Positions 40,229 to 64,000 of a stretch of 64,000 bases of DNA are shown here, piece by piece. The notes beneath the pieces are model-generated. The model ran no database searches, had not been told where the DNA came from, and saw only the letters and a list, made by a program, of their open reading frames with translations. The DNA comes from the human T2T-CHM13v2.0 reference genome, Homo sapiens: NCBI RefSeq assembly GCF_009914755.1, contig NC_060927.1; one strand, 5' to 3'. How positions within the stretch are numbered: the stretch's first letter is position 1; each line of letters begins with the position of its first letter. The translations under genes and the position numbers were made by a program.

Positions 40229-40431
40229 ATAGTTCTAGGGTGGCTGGTTATTGACCTATGTAGGTCCCTAAAACCTAATTTCTGTTCAAAAAAGCAGCTT
40301 TACTGAATGATGCAACCATCACTGTAAATCAGTTTAAGAACATTTTTATTCCCCAAACAGATCTCTCATGCCTTTTGTAATTAATCCTCATTCTCAGCCC
40401 CAGGCCACCACTGATAGGCTTTCTGTCTTCA

Positions 40432-40848
<417 letters not shown>

Positions 40849-41729
40849 TTATTATCTCTTTTATAGCTATTCTTATTGTGCACTCAAATCTTTTCTTGAA
40901 AATTCAGGAAAGATGGCCAGGCAAGGTGGCTCCTGCCTGTAATTCCAGCATTTTGGGAGGGTGAGGCAGGCAGATTACTTGAGGCCAGGAGTTCAAGATC
41001 AGCCTGGCCAAAACAGCAAAACCCCATCTCTACTAAAAATACAAAAATTAGCCAGGCATCGTGGGGCACGCCTGTAATTCTAGCTACTCAGGAGGCTGAG
41101 GCAGGAGAACCACTTGAACCCAGGAGATGCAGGTTGCAGATCACACCACTGCCCTCCAGTCTGGATGACAGAATGAGACTCCATATCAGAAAAAAAAAAA
41201 TCAGGAAACAGCCATTACTTTATACAAGAAGCACAAGTTGGGGGGATATTTAGTCTTGTGGTTAAGAACATGGGCTCTAATCCAGGCAGCCCAGGTTGAA
41301 AGCTGCTTGCTCTCCACTACCTAGGCATGGCACTGAAATTATGCCTAGGAAATGGGGTTAGTTTGTTTTGGGGGTTTTTTAGGGGGCGGAGAACAAAGTG
41401 TCGCCCTGTTGCCCAGGCTGGAGTGCAATCGTGCAATCTCAGCTGACTGCAACCTCCACTCCTGGGTTCAAGCAATTCTCCCACCTCAGCCTTCCAAGTA
41501 GCTGGGACTACACGCTGGGCTAATTTTTTGTATTTTTAGTAGAGACAGGGTTTCACCATGCTGGCCAGGCTTGTCTTGAACTCTTGATCTCAAGTGATCC
41601 ACCTGCCTCAGCCTCCCAGAGTGCTGGGATTACGGGTGTGAGCCAGCGCCCCCAGCCGGAAATAGGGTTAGTAATGTTTCCTGCCTCTTCAGGTGGTGGT
41701 GAGGGTTAATTAATAAATGTTTCTGAAAT

Positions 41730-42070
41730 GTGGTATTAGCTTCATAGGACAGCCACAACAAGTTACCACAGTCAGAATGGTTTATAACTCAATCTGGAGG
41801 CCAGAAGTCTGAAATCAATGTGTCAGCAGCATTGCACCTCTGAAGGCTCTAGGAGAGTCATGCTTTGTCTGTTGCACCTTCTAGTGGTGGCTAGCATTCC
41901 TTGGCTTGTAAAAACATCACTCTAATCTCTGCCTGTCTTCACATGCCTTTTCCCTTGTGTATCTGTTTCTCTCTATGTTAGACCCTATTTCCAAATAGGG
42001 TCACATTCGCAGGTATTAGGGGTTAGAACGCCAATATATCTTTTGGGGGGACACAATTCAACCCACAACA
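41730..42070. mobile_element. MLT1 (MaLR) LTR
   Basis: CCACAACAAGTTACCACA..CTGGAGGCCAGAAGTCTGAAATCAA..GGGGGACACAATTCAACCCACAACA. Confidence 0.75.
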
Positions 42071-42685
42071 CAGATTAAGCTGATGTATAAGTTAAAATCA
42101 GTTTATACTTTAGGTTTTAGGTTAAAACACCATATTTAAAATAGTAATTTGGGTAGGGGTGTGGGAGAGGATGAAGCAGGGTCCTAAGCTTACAGTGGCA
42201 CCCAAGCCTCCAATGCTGTGACCTGTGTGTTGTGAGGCCTCGTGCTGTAGGAAGCAGGGGAGAGGTCAGGATGGGAAAGGAGAGAAGGGAGGGACAGTTG
42301 GATGGAGTGGCTGCTTCCTAAGAACTTAGACTCTGGAGTAGGTGTTCCATGTCCCTTGCCTCCTCAGCCTCCTTTGACCCTCATCCTGAGTGCAGGGAAC
42401 CTAATGCCAGTGAGGACTCTTAGGGAGGAGGGGCAGAGATAAGGCCGAGAGAGTTGGGCTTCTTCCCAATGCGAATTTCCTGGCCTCACATTGGCAGATG
42501 AATTTCTGCCACCAGATTCCCCCTCACATTTTCTTCATTTGTTTTTTAGGGGAGCAAATAAATATGATAAAATCAGGAGAAATCATCTAGTTTTCTCTAA
42601 ACATGAGGTAGAAAATTTGTCTTTGTGAATCTCGAGTCCTGCGGCAAGTAGCCTGTTTTTTCCTCTCTCACAGTCTCAGTATTAA

Positions 42686-43016
<331 letters not shown>

Positions 43017-43338
43017 TGAGCCACCACATTGGCCTTTTTTTTTTTTTAAATGGTTCCTTCTTGGCTGCCTTAGACTTATTAAAGCACATTAGAGGTGGGG
43101 CTCTGTGGGAGAAAAATAGTCAGATGGTGACTAAAGATAAGGCAGTGTAGGGCTAAAGCCAAAAGAAGACACAGAAGCAAAGGTTTCAAGCTGTATTACA
43201 CTCACTTTCTAAGAATACATGATTATGAAATCTTTCAAGCCATCACAATAGGAAAGCCAATGGTCTACTGGCCCTTCATTCATATCGCTCAGATGGAGCA
43301 ATTGCCAAGATTTTGCCACACTTGCTTCTCTCCCCTAA

Positions 43339-43557
<219 letters not shown>

Positions 43558-45142
43558 TAGTAGAGATGGGGTTTCACTGTGTTAGCCAGGATGGTCTCGA
43601 TCTCCTGACCTCGTGATCCACCTGCCTCGGCCTCTCAAAGTGCTGGGATTACAGGTGTGAGCCACCAAGCCTGGCCTCCTTTTTCTTTTATGAAGCTTTT
43701 AGAGACAGATCCCAGACATCATATAATTTCACCCTTGCTTACTTCAATATGCATCTCTTAAAAATTATGGACTTTTTTTTAACATAAGTATGTCATTACC
43801 CCACCTGGAAAAATTTAACACATTTTTTGCATATCATCCATATTCACATTTCCCAGACTGTCCCAACAATGATTTTTTACAGTTGGTTTATTTCAATTAG
43901 AATTCAAACAAGGTCCATACAAGGCATTTGGTCTTTTATTGATGTTTTAGAAACAAGGTCTTGCTCGTCACCCAGGATGCAGTGCAGTGGTATGATCATG
44001 GTTCACTGCAACCTTGAACTTCTAGGCTCAAGCCATCCTCCCACCTCAGCCTCCCAAGTAGCTGGGACTACAGGTGCACGCCACCACACCCAGCCAGTTT
44101 TTAAAAAATTTTTTTGCAGAGACAAGATCTCGCAATGTTGCCCAGGCTGGTCTCAAACTCCTAGCCTCAAGTGATCCTCCAGCCTCAGCCTCCCAAAGGA
44201 TTGGGATTACAGGTATGAGCCACCACACTTTGCCGGCAGTTGGTTTTGAAAATCTCTAGGCTGGGCACAGTGGCTCATGCCTGTAGGCCCAGCCCTTTGG
44301 AAAGCCAAGGCTGATAGATCGCTTGAGCCCAGTAGTTTGAGACCAGCCTAGGCAACATAGTCAAACTCTGTCTCTACAGAAAAATTTAAAAATTTGCCAG
44401 GTGTGGTGAGGCACATCTGTAGTCCCAGCTACTCAGAAGGCTGAGGCAGGAGAATCACTTAAGCCCTGAAAGTCAAGGCTGCAGTGAGCCGTGATCAGGC
44501 CACTGCACTCCAGCCCAGGTGACAGAGCAAAGCCCTGTCTCAAAAAAAAACCTCTTTATTCCAGGACACCACCATTCTCCCCAATTTTTTTGTTCTACAT
44601 TGTCTTTGTAGGGACTGAGGGGACGGGGGAACAAGACAAAGTTAGAGGAAACTTGATTCTGAAGCAGTGTCTAAGGCCTCTCTTGGCATATCAAAGGGCT
44701 AGTCTTTGAGGTAACACATCCTCAGCCCCAGTATCCTGTAAAATGTCCCATTTTCTGAATTTGTTTTCTGATGGTTTTAGCTCATTTCTGTTTCACACAT
44801 GTTCTATAAACTGGATGTTACCTTGGATGGCTTGATTACATTTAGGTCTATCCAATTTCTTAGGCAAAGGAAAGACCAGAGCTATAGATTCTAAGTGGTA
44901 GAAAGTCTGAAAAGGCATACGAGGGTCTCTCACTTAGCAAATGAGTGAGTGCAAATGAAACGTTCTATTCACTTCATTCAGTTACTTCCTCCCAAGAGAA
45001 ATGAGGAGAGGCTGAAATTTCTTTAACCAGCAGTTAGAAAGGATAAATAATTTTGAGGCAAACCAAGGTTAGAGTGAGTCAGTTCTGAGGGCCCAATCAA
45101 GACAGGGAACCCAGCACTGACTCTGGGAGGTTGCAAAACTGA

Positions 45143-45610
<468 letters not shown>

Positions 45611-45626
45611 TGAGGCGGGCAGATCA

Positions 45627-45930
<304 letters not shown>

Positions 45931-45941
45931 TCAGGAGTTCA

Positions 45942-46214
<273 letters not shown>

Positions 46215-46708
46215 TCACCACTCCCTCCAAAAAAAGGTGCCTCAATGCAACAGCCTCTAGGTAGAACTAGCTTCTAAGTTCTTCTCTGCTCCTGGGAGCC
46301 ATTAGCTTAGGTAGTCAGGAAATACCCTAGGCCGGGTGCAGTGGCTCATGCCTGTAATCCTAGCACTTCGGGAGGCCGAGGCGGGCTGATCACTTGAGGT
46401 AAGGAGTTCAAGACCAGCCTGGCCGACAAAGCAAAACCCTGTCTCTACCAAAAATACAAAAACTGGCCAGATGTGGTGGTGCGGGCCTGTAGTCCCAGCT
46501 ACTCGGGAGGCTGAAGCTGGAGAATTGCTTGAGCCTGGGAGCAGAGGTTGCAGTGAGCTGAGATCACACTACTGCACTCCAGCCTGGGTGACAGAATGAG
46601 ACTGTCTCAAAAAAAAAAAAATTACATAAAATAAAGAAGAAATACTCTAGAGTCTAGGATCGTGGTTTTTAAACTCAATATGGCTGCACATTGGAATCAT
46701 CTGGAAAA

Positions 46709-47752
<1,044 letters not shown>

Positions 47753-49329
47753 AGAGCTTTAAAAGCTACTGATGCTTGGGTCTCACTCAGAGATTCTGAT
47801 ATATTCAGCCCAGGTGTAAGATTTTAAAAGCTGCCCAGGTGATCCTAATGCCAAGGCTGAGGCCCCTGGAGGAACCCTGCAGAGCTGCACTCACTACTCA
47901 GCAATCCCAATCCACACGTGAAGGGTTAAGCAGGAGTACATTTGGGTGCAGGGGGCAGGGCATTGTTTTGGGACTCAGGGGCCTCTGAGGAGGCTTGTGG
48001 CCTGAGTTTCTGCCAACAAACTGAATGCCTCCTCTTCCCATAACAAAGCGTAGAAGCGGGAGGCATTTGCATTTGCCGCAAGGGGCTGTGACTTCTCTGA
48101 ATTTGTCCCTCAAGCCCCAGGTGCTTCAGCCTTGGTGGGTGATGAAGCAGAGCAGCCTGGGGGTGACCTGTGCTAGGGTCCAAGGGTTTCCAAGCTCCTC
48201 AGAAAATCATACTGGCTTCAGTGGAGCTGCAGAGCCACTTGCAGGAGAACCTGGATGTGCTGTCCTTTGGAAGAGTGGCCATAAGGGTCTACGAGTTCAT
48301 TTTAGGGTGGGCTCAGAAATCAGATTGACTCAGCAGGCCCCAGAGAGGAACCTGCACTTTTTTTTTTTTTGACGGAGTCTTACTCTGTCGCCCAGGCTGG
48401 AGTGCAAGTGGCGCAATCTCCACTCACTACAACCTCTGCCTCCTGGGTTCAAGCAATTCTCCCGCCTCAGCCTCCCCAGTAGCTGGGATTACAGGCATGC
48501 CTGGCTAATTTTTGAATTTTTAGTAGATACCGGGTTTCGCCATGTTGGCCAGGCTGGTCTCTTGAACTCCTGGCCTCAAGGGATCCGCCCGCGTCAGCCT
48601 CCGAAAGTGCTGGGATTACAGCCACCGCGCCCCTTCAATTAACTCCTATTTTTTTGTTTGTTTTTTGGAGACAGAATTTCGCTCTATTGCCCAGGCTGGA
48701 GTGCAGCGGTGCAATCACATTCACTGCAGACTTGACCTCTAGGCTCAAGCTATCCTCCTGCCTCAGCCTCCTGAGTAGCTGAGACTACAGGGACGCACCA
48801 TCATGATTGGTTAATTTTTGTATTTTTTGTGGAGATGGGGGTCTCCCCATGTTTCCCAGGCTAGTCTTGAACTTCTGAGCTCAGGCAATCCACCCACCTC
48901 GGCCTCCCAAAGTGCTGGGATTACAGGCACAAGCCACCGCGCCCGGCAAACTTATCTCCTACTGATGGATATTGCAAAATTTTTCTTCTACCAAAAAAAA
49001 AAAAAAAAAAAAGATAGATATAATCCATACCATCTGTTCAATCTTGTCCTTTTTAACTTTTTCAGGGAAACTTCCCCCAGGTGATAGATGGATAGATACA
49101 TGAGATAGACATAACGCATACGATCAGTTCAATCTTATCTTTTTTAACTTTTTCAGAGAAAACTTCCCTTAAGTGAACATTTAAATCTGAATTACGTCCT
49201 GTTAAACTGTTCTCCAGGAAAATAAAATAAAATAAATCTTCAAGTTTTTGTTTACCTAACAATTTGTTGTGTCGAACAAACCTTCCTACTTTTCAGGTAA
49301 CAAAATGGCAGCTTAGGCTAGAAAGCCGC

Positions 49330-50110
49330 TCATATTCGCAGGTACAAGGGCTGGGTAAGAACGCCCCGCCTGGCTGACTAACTTGAGTTCCGCGCTCTGG
49401 ACAGGAATTATGCACAGGGCGTCGCTGTGGCACTAGAAACCCCAAAGTCACAAGCGCCCCAGATCCGACCAGGATGCCGCTACCGGCTACAGCCCAGAGG
49501 CCCGCTCCTGCGGCGCAAGCCCGCCTTCCTGAAGAAAAAGCCCAGTCCCGGCAGCGTTCTTCTCCGGCTCCGCCCTTCTTCCGCTCGACTTTCTTTGCCA
49601 TTGGCTGACAACGGAGTACATAAGGACGTCATTTCCTGCCGCCTGTCTTTTCCGTGCTACCTGCAGAGGGGTCCATACGGCGTTGTTCTGGGTGAGTTCC
49701 GTGTAGCGTCCCTGGCGCCTTCCAGGGCTAGAAAAATGAGCTTTTCCTGCTCAAATGAAGGGTGAGAAGACTAGTGATGAAAGCCGGTCAGACTGGATCT
49801 GTCTCCCGCCCGGCGCGCCCCACCTTAGGCCTGCGGCCCGCACGTGGCCAGGCTCGGGCTGGCGGGTTCCCAGAGTGCCCCGGGAGCGGGTGGAGGCCGC
49901 CCTCCAGCGGAGGCTCCGAGCTGGGGTTCGGACCAGGCCGCGGGTGGGCGGGAGTGCAGAAAGCGGGCTAACATCCTGTGTTGCTATCCCTTCGGAGTCC
50001 CACACGGCGGTGAGTCTAGGCCCAGGCGCTGATTTACACCAGCTACTTGGGCTGGTCGGGTTTTCCCTTCGCGCCGTGCGGGTCAGGAGTTAAGGTTCTC
50101 GGGTTTTTAG
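49330..50110 (+). promoter_or_regulatory. RPSA CpG-island promoter
   Basis: CpG-rich; CTTCCG ETS site (49578), ATTGG/CCAAT (49600), TATA-like TACATAA, GACGTCATTTCCTG CRE/ETS composite (49625), polypyrimidine initiator. Confidence 0.88.
49647..49691 (+). other. RPSA: RPSA non-coding exon 1 with 5'TOP/TCT start
   Basis: CTTTTCCGTG start typical of ribosomal-protein mRNAs; donor G|gtgagt at 49691/49692; exact TSS approximate. Confidence 0.85.
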
Positions 50111-50565
50111 ACAAACAAGTGGTGACAGCACAGCGAAGTAATTCCAAAGCATCCGCCTACAATCTGCTTGAAAATGTCTGAAAACAATTCATGCCTTTTT
50201 TGCCTTTAGTTTGCATATTCCAAACATGGCTGCTCTTTTGTATCTAGTTGTTAACTTGGCGCATCCACAACTTTTCCTTAATTCCTATCTTGAGAAGTGT
50301 TGAATTTCCATTCGCTAATTTCGTGTAGTTTTATTACTCGGTTACTCTGCCGTCCACACTATTTCCTCAGTAAGATGTGCGCTGTTCCGTAATACACGAC
50401 ATGTATGGGTTAACTTTCTGTTTACCCTTCACTACACTGTAAGCTCAATGCCTGACACTATAGCAGATGGAGTTTTTGGTTGCTTTTAAGGGTGTGCCCT
50501 ACTTAACTCAATGGAATGAAAAGAAATAGGTTGCTCTCTTATTTCAGATTCCCGTCGTAACTTAA

Positions 50566-55293
<4,728 letters not shown>

Positions 55294-55342
55294 GCTGTTC
55301 TTGCATAGGCTCTTAAGCAGCATGGAAAAATGGTTGATGGAA

Positions 55343-55436
55343 AATAAACATCAGTTTCTAAAAGTTGTCTTCATTTAGTTTGCTTTTTACTCCAGATCAG
55401 AATACCTGGGATTGCATATCAAAGCATAATAATAAA
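55343..55436 (+). terminator. RPSA poly(A) signals
   Basis: AATAAA 55343-55348 (proximal) and 55431-55436 (distal). Confidence 0.85.
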
Positions 55437-55818
55437 TACATGTCTCGACATGAGTTGTACTTCTAAAGCCCACTGTAGATAGTGTATATTGCTTTTCACT
55501 TCAGAATTTCCCTGAGCTTCCTTCCTGTGTGGAGAACATGTGTGCTGTGAAAATAGATGTAAGTGGTTACACATACTTAGTTGGTAACCTCAGGAATACT
55601 TTTCCGAGGCCCTGATGATCTTGCTTTTATTACCATTTGCGTAGGTAAGTTCTATAGAGCTTAGGTTTTTATTTTTGAGAGTCTTCCTGTCACTTAGGTT
55701 AACTATTCCTGGAAGCCCTGGAGAGGCGATGGTCCTTCCCCACATTGAGAGACATTAATTGCCCCTCTTGTCAGCTTGCCTACAGGTTCTGGGAGAGGAG
55801 AGGTATGTATGTATTTAA

Positions 55819-60022
<4,204 letters not shown>

Positions 60023-60154
60023 CACCATTTGGAACATTTTTGATAGATCCTTGTGCAAAGTTTTCCCCTGTCGGTTTTAAACTCTAGTTTCACCAGATAA
60101 CGTCAAATGGTTTCGCAATCACATATAAAATCCTACAAAAACATAGCCATAACC

Positions 60155-61147
60155 TGTGGGCAGCAAGCCACCCAGGTGCCGAGGCAAGAGACCAAGGATG
60201 TGAGCTGTTCCAGTATAATAAAATATAAAATAAGAATAGTTATACCAGATATAGATCTTAGATATGATTATATATGAATATCATTAATCATTAGTTTGTA
60301 GCAATTACTCTTTATTCCAATATTATAATAATCCTCGCTCTATAATCATAACCTAGGAAAAACCAGGCCGTACAGAGATAGGAGCTGAGGGGACATAGTG
60401 AGACGTGACCAGAAGACAAGAGTGCGAGCCTTCTGTTATGCCCAGACAGGGCCACCAGAGGGCTCCTTGGTCTAGCGGTAACGCCAGCGTCTGGGAAGAC
60501 TCCTGTTGCCAAGTGAACTGTAGTCTAGTGGTAGCCTCAGTGTCAAGGAAAAACACCCGCTACTTAGCAGACCGGGAAAGGGAGTCTCCCTTTCCCCAGG
60601 GGAGTTTAGAGAAGACTCTACTCCTCCACCTCTTGTGGAAGCAGGCCTGCCTGCAGTTATCCGGAGGCCTAACCGTCTCCCTGTGATGCTGTGGCTGTGC
60701 TTCAGTGGTCACGCTCCTAGTCTGCCTTCATGTTCCATCTTGTACACCTTGCTCTGCCTTTTAGTTAGCAGTAGCAAATTAGTGAAAGTACTAAAAGTCT
60801 CTGATAAGCAGAAATAATAGTATAAGCTGTTTCTCTCTTTCTCCTCTCTCTCTCTCTGCCTCGGCTGCCAGGCAGGGAAGGGCCCCCTGTCCAGTGGACA
60901 CGTGACCCATGTGGCCTTACCTATCATTGGAAATGGCTCACACTCCTTATCCTGCCCCTTTGTCTTGTATCCAATAAATATCAGCGCAGCCTGGCATTCA
61001 GGGCCACTACCGGTCTCCGCGTCTTGGTGGTAGTGGTCCCCCGGGCCCAGCTATCTTTTCTTTTATCTCTTTGTCTTGTGCTTTATTTCTACGCTCTCTC
61101 CGCACACGAGGAGAAAACTCACCGACCCTGTGGGGCTGGACCCTACA
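60155..61147 (+). mobile_element. LTR13-type (HERV-K13/HML-4) solo LTR
   Basis: TGTGGGCAGCAAGCCACCCAGG ... GGGGCTGGACCCTACA; AATAAA at 60973; 6-bp TSD ATAACC (60149-60154 and 61148-61153). Confidence 0.85.
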
Positions 61148-61219
61148 ATAACCCTTAGGACTTTCTGTTGAAAACACTGTCTTCACTGTTCAGAATTGCT
61201 GCTTCTCAAAAATTGGGTC

Positions 61220-62193
61220 TGAAGGGGTGGGTTGCCCCTCCACACCTGTGGGCTTTTCTCGTTAGGTGGAACGAGAGACTTGGAAAAGAAAGAGACACAG
61301 AGACAAAGTATAGAGAAAGAAAAAAGGGGGCCCAGGGGACCGGCGTTCAGTATACGGAGGATCCTGCCGGCCTCTGAGTTCCCTTAGTATTTATTGATCA
61401 TTATTGGGTGTTTCTCAGAGAGGGGGAGGTGGCAGGGTCATAGGATAATAGGGGAGAGAAGGTCAGCAGGTAAACACGTGAACAAAGGTCTCTGCATCAT
61501 AAACAAGGTAAAGAAGTAAGTGCTGTGCTTTAGATATGTATACACATAAACATCTCAATGCCTTAAAGAGCAGTATTGCTGCCTGCATGTCCCACCTCCA
61601 GCCCTAAGGCGGTTTTCCCCTATCTCAGTAGATGGAATATACAGTCGGGTTTTACACCGAGACATTCCATTGCCCGGGTACGGGCAGGAGACAGATGCCT
61701 TCCTCTTGTCTCAACTGCAAAGAGGCGTTCCTTCCTCTTTTACTAATCCTCCTCAGCACAGACCCTTTACGGGTGTCAGGCTGGGGGACGGTCAGGTCTT
61801 TCCCTTCTCACGAGGCCATATTTCAGACTATCACATGGGGAGAAACCTTGGACAATACCTGGCTTTCCTAGGCAGGGGTCCCTGCGGCCTTCCGCCTTCC
61901 GCAGTGTTTTGTGTCCCTGGGTACTTGAGATTAGGGAGTGGTGATGACTCTTAAAGAGCATGCTGCCTTCAAGCTTTGTTTAACAAAGCACATCTTGCAC
62001 AGCCCTTAATCCATTTAACCCTGAGTTGACACAGCACGTGTTTCAGGGAGCACAGGGTTGGGGGTAAGGTTACAGATTAACAGCATCTCAAGGCAGAAGA
62101 ATTTTTCTTAGTACAGAACAAAATGGAGTCTCTTGTGTCACTTCTTTCTATACAGACACAGTAACAATCTGATCTCTCTTTCTTTTCCCCACA
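61220..62193 (-). mobile_element. LTR5 (HERV-K HML-2; LTR5A/B-like) solo LTR
   Basis: Minus strand TGTGGGGAAAAGAAAGAGAGATCAGATTGTTACTGTG ... GGAGGGGCAACCCACCCCTTCA; 5-bp TSD GGGTC (61215-61219 and 62194-62198). Confidence 0.9.
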
Positions 62194-64000
62194 GGGTCCA
62201 TCTATGCAGTCTGATCCTGACCTCTCCATTTTTCTCCCTGCTCTATGAGTGTCCCTGAGTCAATGCTACACTAGCCTATTTACTAGAACTCTATAATCTA
62301 TTGTGGTATCAAGTAGGGCAATCCTCCTATCTTCCTCCTTTCCTCCAAGAGAGTCTTGGCTATTATTGATGATTTTGCATTGTCATATACATTTTCAAGC
62401 CAAATCCAATCGGTTAGTCCAGTTCCACTATAAACCCTGTTGGGATTACATTGATTCTATAGAGCAGTACTGACTGATTTACACTACTGAGTTTTTCAAC
62501 CCGTGAGCAATCTGTGTGTTACTCCATTTTCTCATTTTTATGTCCCTCAATAAGGTTTTATAATTTTTCCTGTAGAAGTTTTGCATGTCCTTTGGTAAAT
62601 TTATTTGTAGGTAATTGAGACATTTTAAAATTGTTCCCTTTTGGGAAACTATTAAGGATCCTGTTGGAAAAACTCAACCTCATGTTCTAAATAACGTGAT
62701 ATCCAGTGGTAAATGTCACTATTTCCGTGGGGTTTCTGACCCAGCCTGAGCAATCCAGAGTTTTTCTACAAGGCAGGGATGAGATTGCTAAACTCCATCC
62801 ATGAAAAACCTGCTTTTAAGCCTACAGGTAAAACATTCTATTTGTTTAATAGGGCAGGGCAAGCTGTACTTCTGAAAATGCTAAGTTCAGCAGGCTTCTT
62901 TTAGGAATAGTGCCAGAATTAGCCAATTCTACTTTGAAAAAAATCTCAAGTAAAATAATAAGAACTCAACATTCAGCAAATATTTATTAAGCACTTACTC
63001 TGGACCAGGTATTATTACAAGCAATGGGGATAGAGCAGTGAATGAAGACAAAGCCTGTGACCTTGTGGCAGTTATCTGGAGAGGCAGATAACAAGTGAAC
63101 AATTTATTTACTATGGAAACAGAAGTGAGGATGATGGAAACATGAGGAAAGCTTTTGTCTAAAGCAAGAATCACAGGCATCAGCCTATAGAAACAGGACA
63201 AATGGAGAAAATCACTGGAGAGAATGACAGCAAAGAAACCCCTCCAGAGAGAAGAGGTCTCAGTCCAGCCTCACACCAAGTAGAGCCTCATCAAAACGTT
63301 CTGTTCTCATAGGGAGTTGGGGGCCTGTACCAGAGGCCATGAAGTCTCTTGGAGTCCATGCTATGTGAGTGGTGCACATCTCCACTGCCCAACCCATAGA
63401 AAACTCACCTAAGTTTTCTCTCTTCTCTTCTATAGATATTTTTGGAAATGAGTTGGGGACAAGGAAAAAGCTATCATTGCACAGACATCTACCCCAATTC
63501 TGCCTCCTGCTGCACTCTCACTGAGAGACAATGGTCCAAGAAGCACTCTCCCCTCTCCATGGCTGGCTAGCTAGGTTCACATTGGTGCAAAGAGCACTCG
63601 ACATTGCCAGAAGTGTGCATCATCATGTCCCCACGGTAAGGCCCTCTCACCACCTCTCCTCAGTGACTCAGCTCTGCATTTTCTTCCATCCGATACTCTT
63701 ATCTCAACCCAAGGGGTGTCTTCCATTTATGATGTGCAAAAGAAAGGTACAGTCTTTAGCATGAGAAAGTAGTCCCTTAGACCATCATGGTGGCACACAA
63801 GACTCTGCACAGGCCATCAAGTCTGAAGAAATGAATGGGCTAGTTTGACATTTGTTTCAAAATCCCTTATAGGGAAATTTTTTTTGGTATTACTGTATAT
63901 CATTTCATATAGATATATTTCTTTTAAGTAAGTTGTCTTTTTAAGACAATATCTAGTTATTGACAATGTGCTTTTGCCATTTAGAAATAAAGAATATGAT

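Noticed and set aside
49293-50093. ORFs over the RPSA promoter
   Set aside because: Same CpG-island artefact; the real CDS starts at 50581

Overview
Human (primate) genomic DNA, recognisable as the chr3p22.1 SLC25A38-RPSA locus. Positions 1-15.7 kb are nested retrotransposition debris. An old L1MA 3' end hosts Alus, a full-length EEF1A1 processed pseudogene and an internally deleted L1PA10-12-like element that carries ~180 bp of non-L1 sequence inside its TSDs. A full-length antisense L1PA3/4 follows. Positions 26.3-40.2 kb hold SLC25A38 (7 coding exons, 915 nt, 304 aa, mitochondrial glycine carrier). Positions 49.6-55.4 kb hold RPSA (5'TOP exon plus 6 coding exons, 888 nt, 295 aa), hosting H/ACA snoRNAs SNORA6 and SNORA62. 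The remainder is Alu-dense with LTR and DNA-transposon relics, ending in two convergent HERV-K-class solo LTRs (LTR13, LTR5). I found no evidence of a new biological system. The best leads are small-scale: a strong-Kozak uORF ahead of a weak SLC25A38 start, an extended L1 ORF0 whose splice donors are in phase with SLC25A38 exons, a candidate L1 5' transduction, a U2 fragment inserted at an Alu junction, a possible NF-Y promoter in intron 1, and possible snoRNA relics in RPSA introns. Repeat subfamily calls come from remembered consensus sequences and repeat boundaries are approximate.
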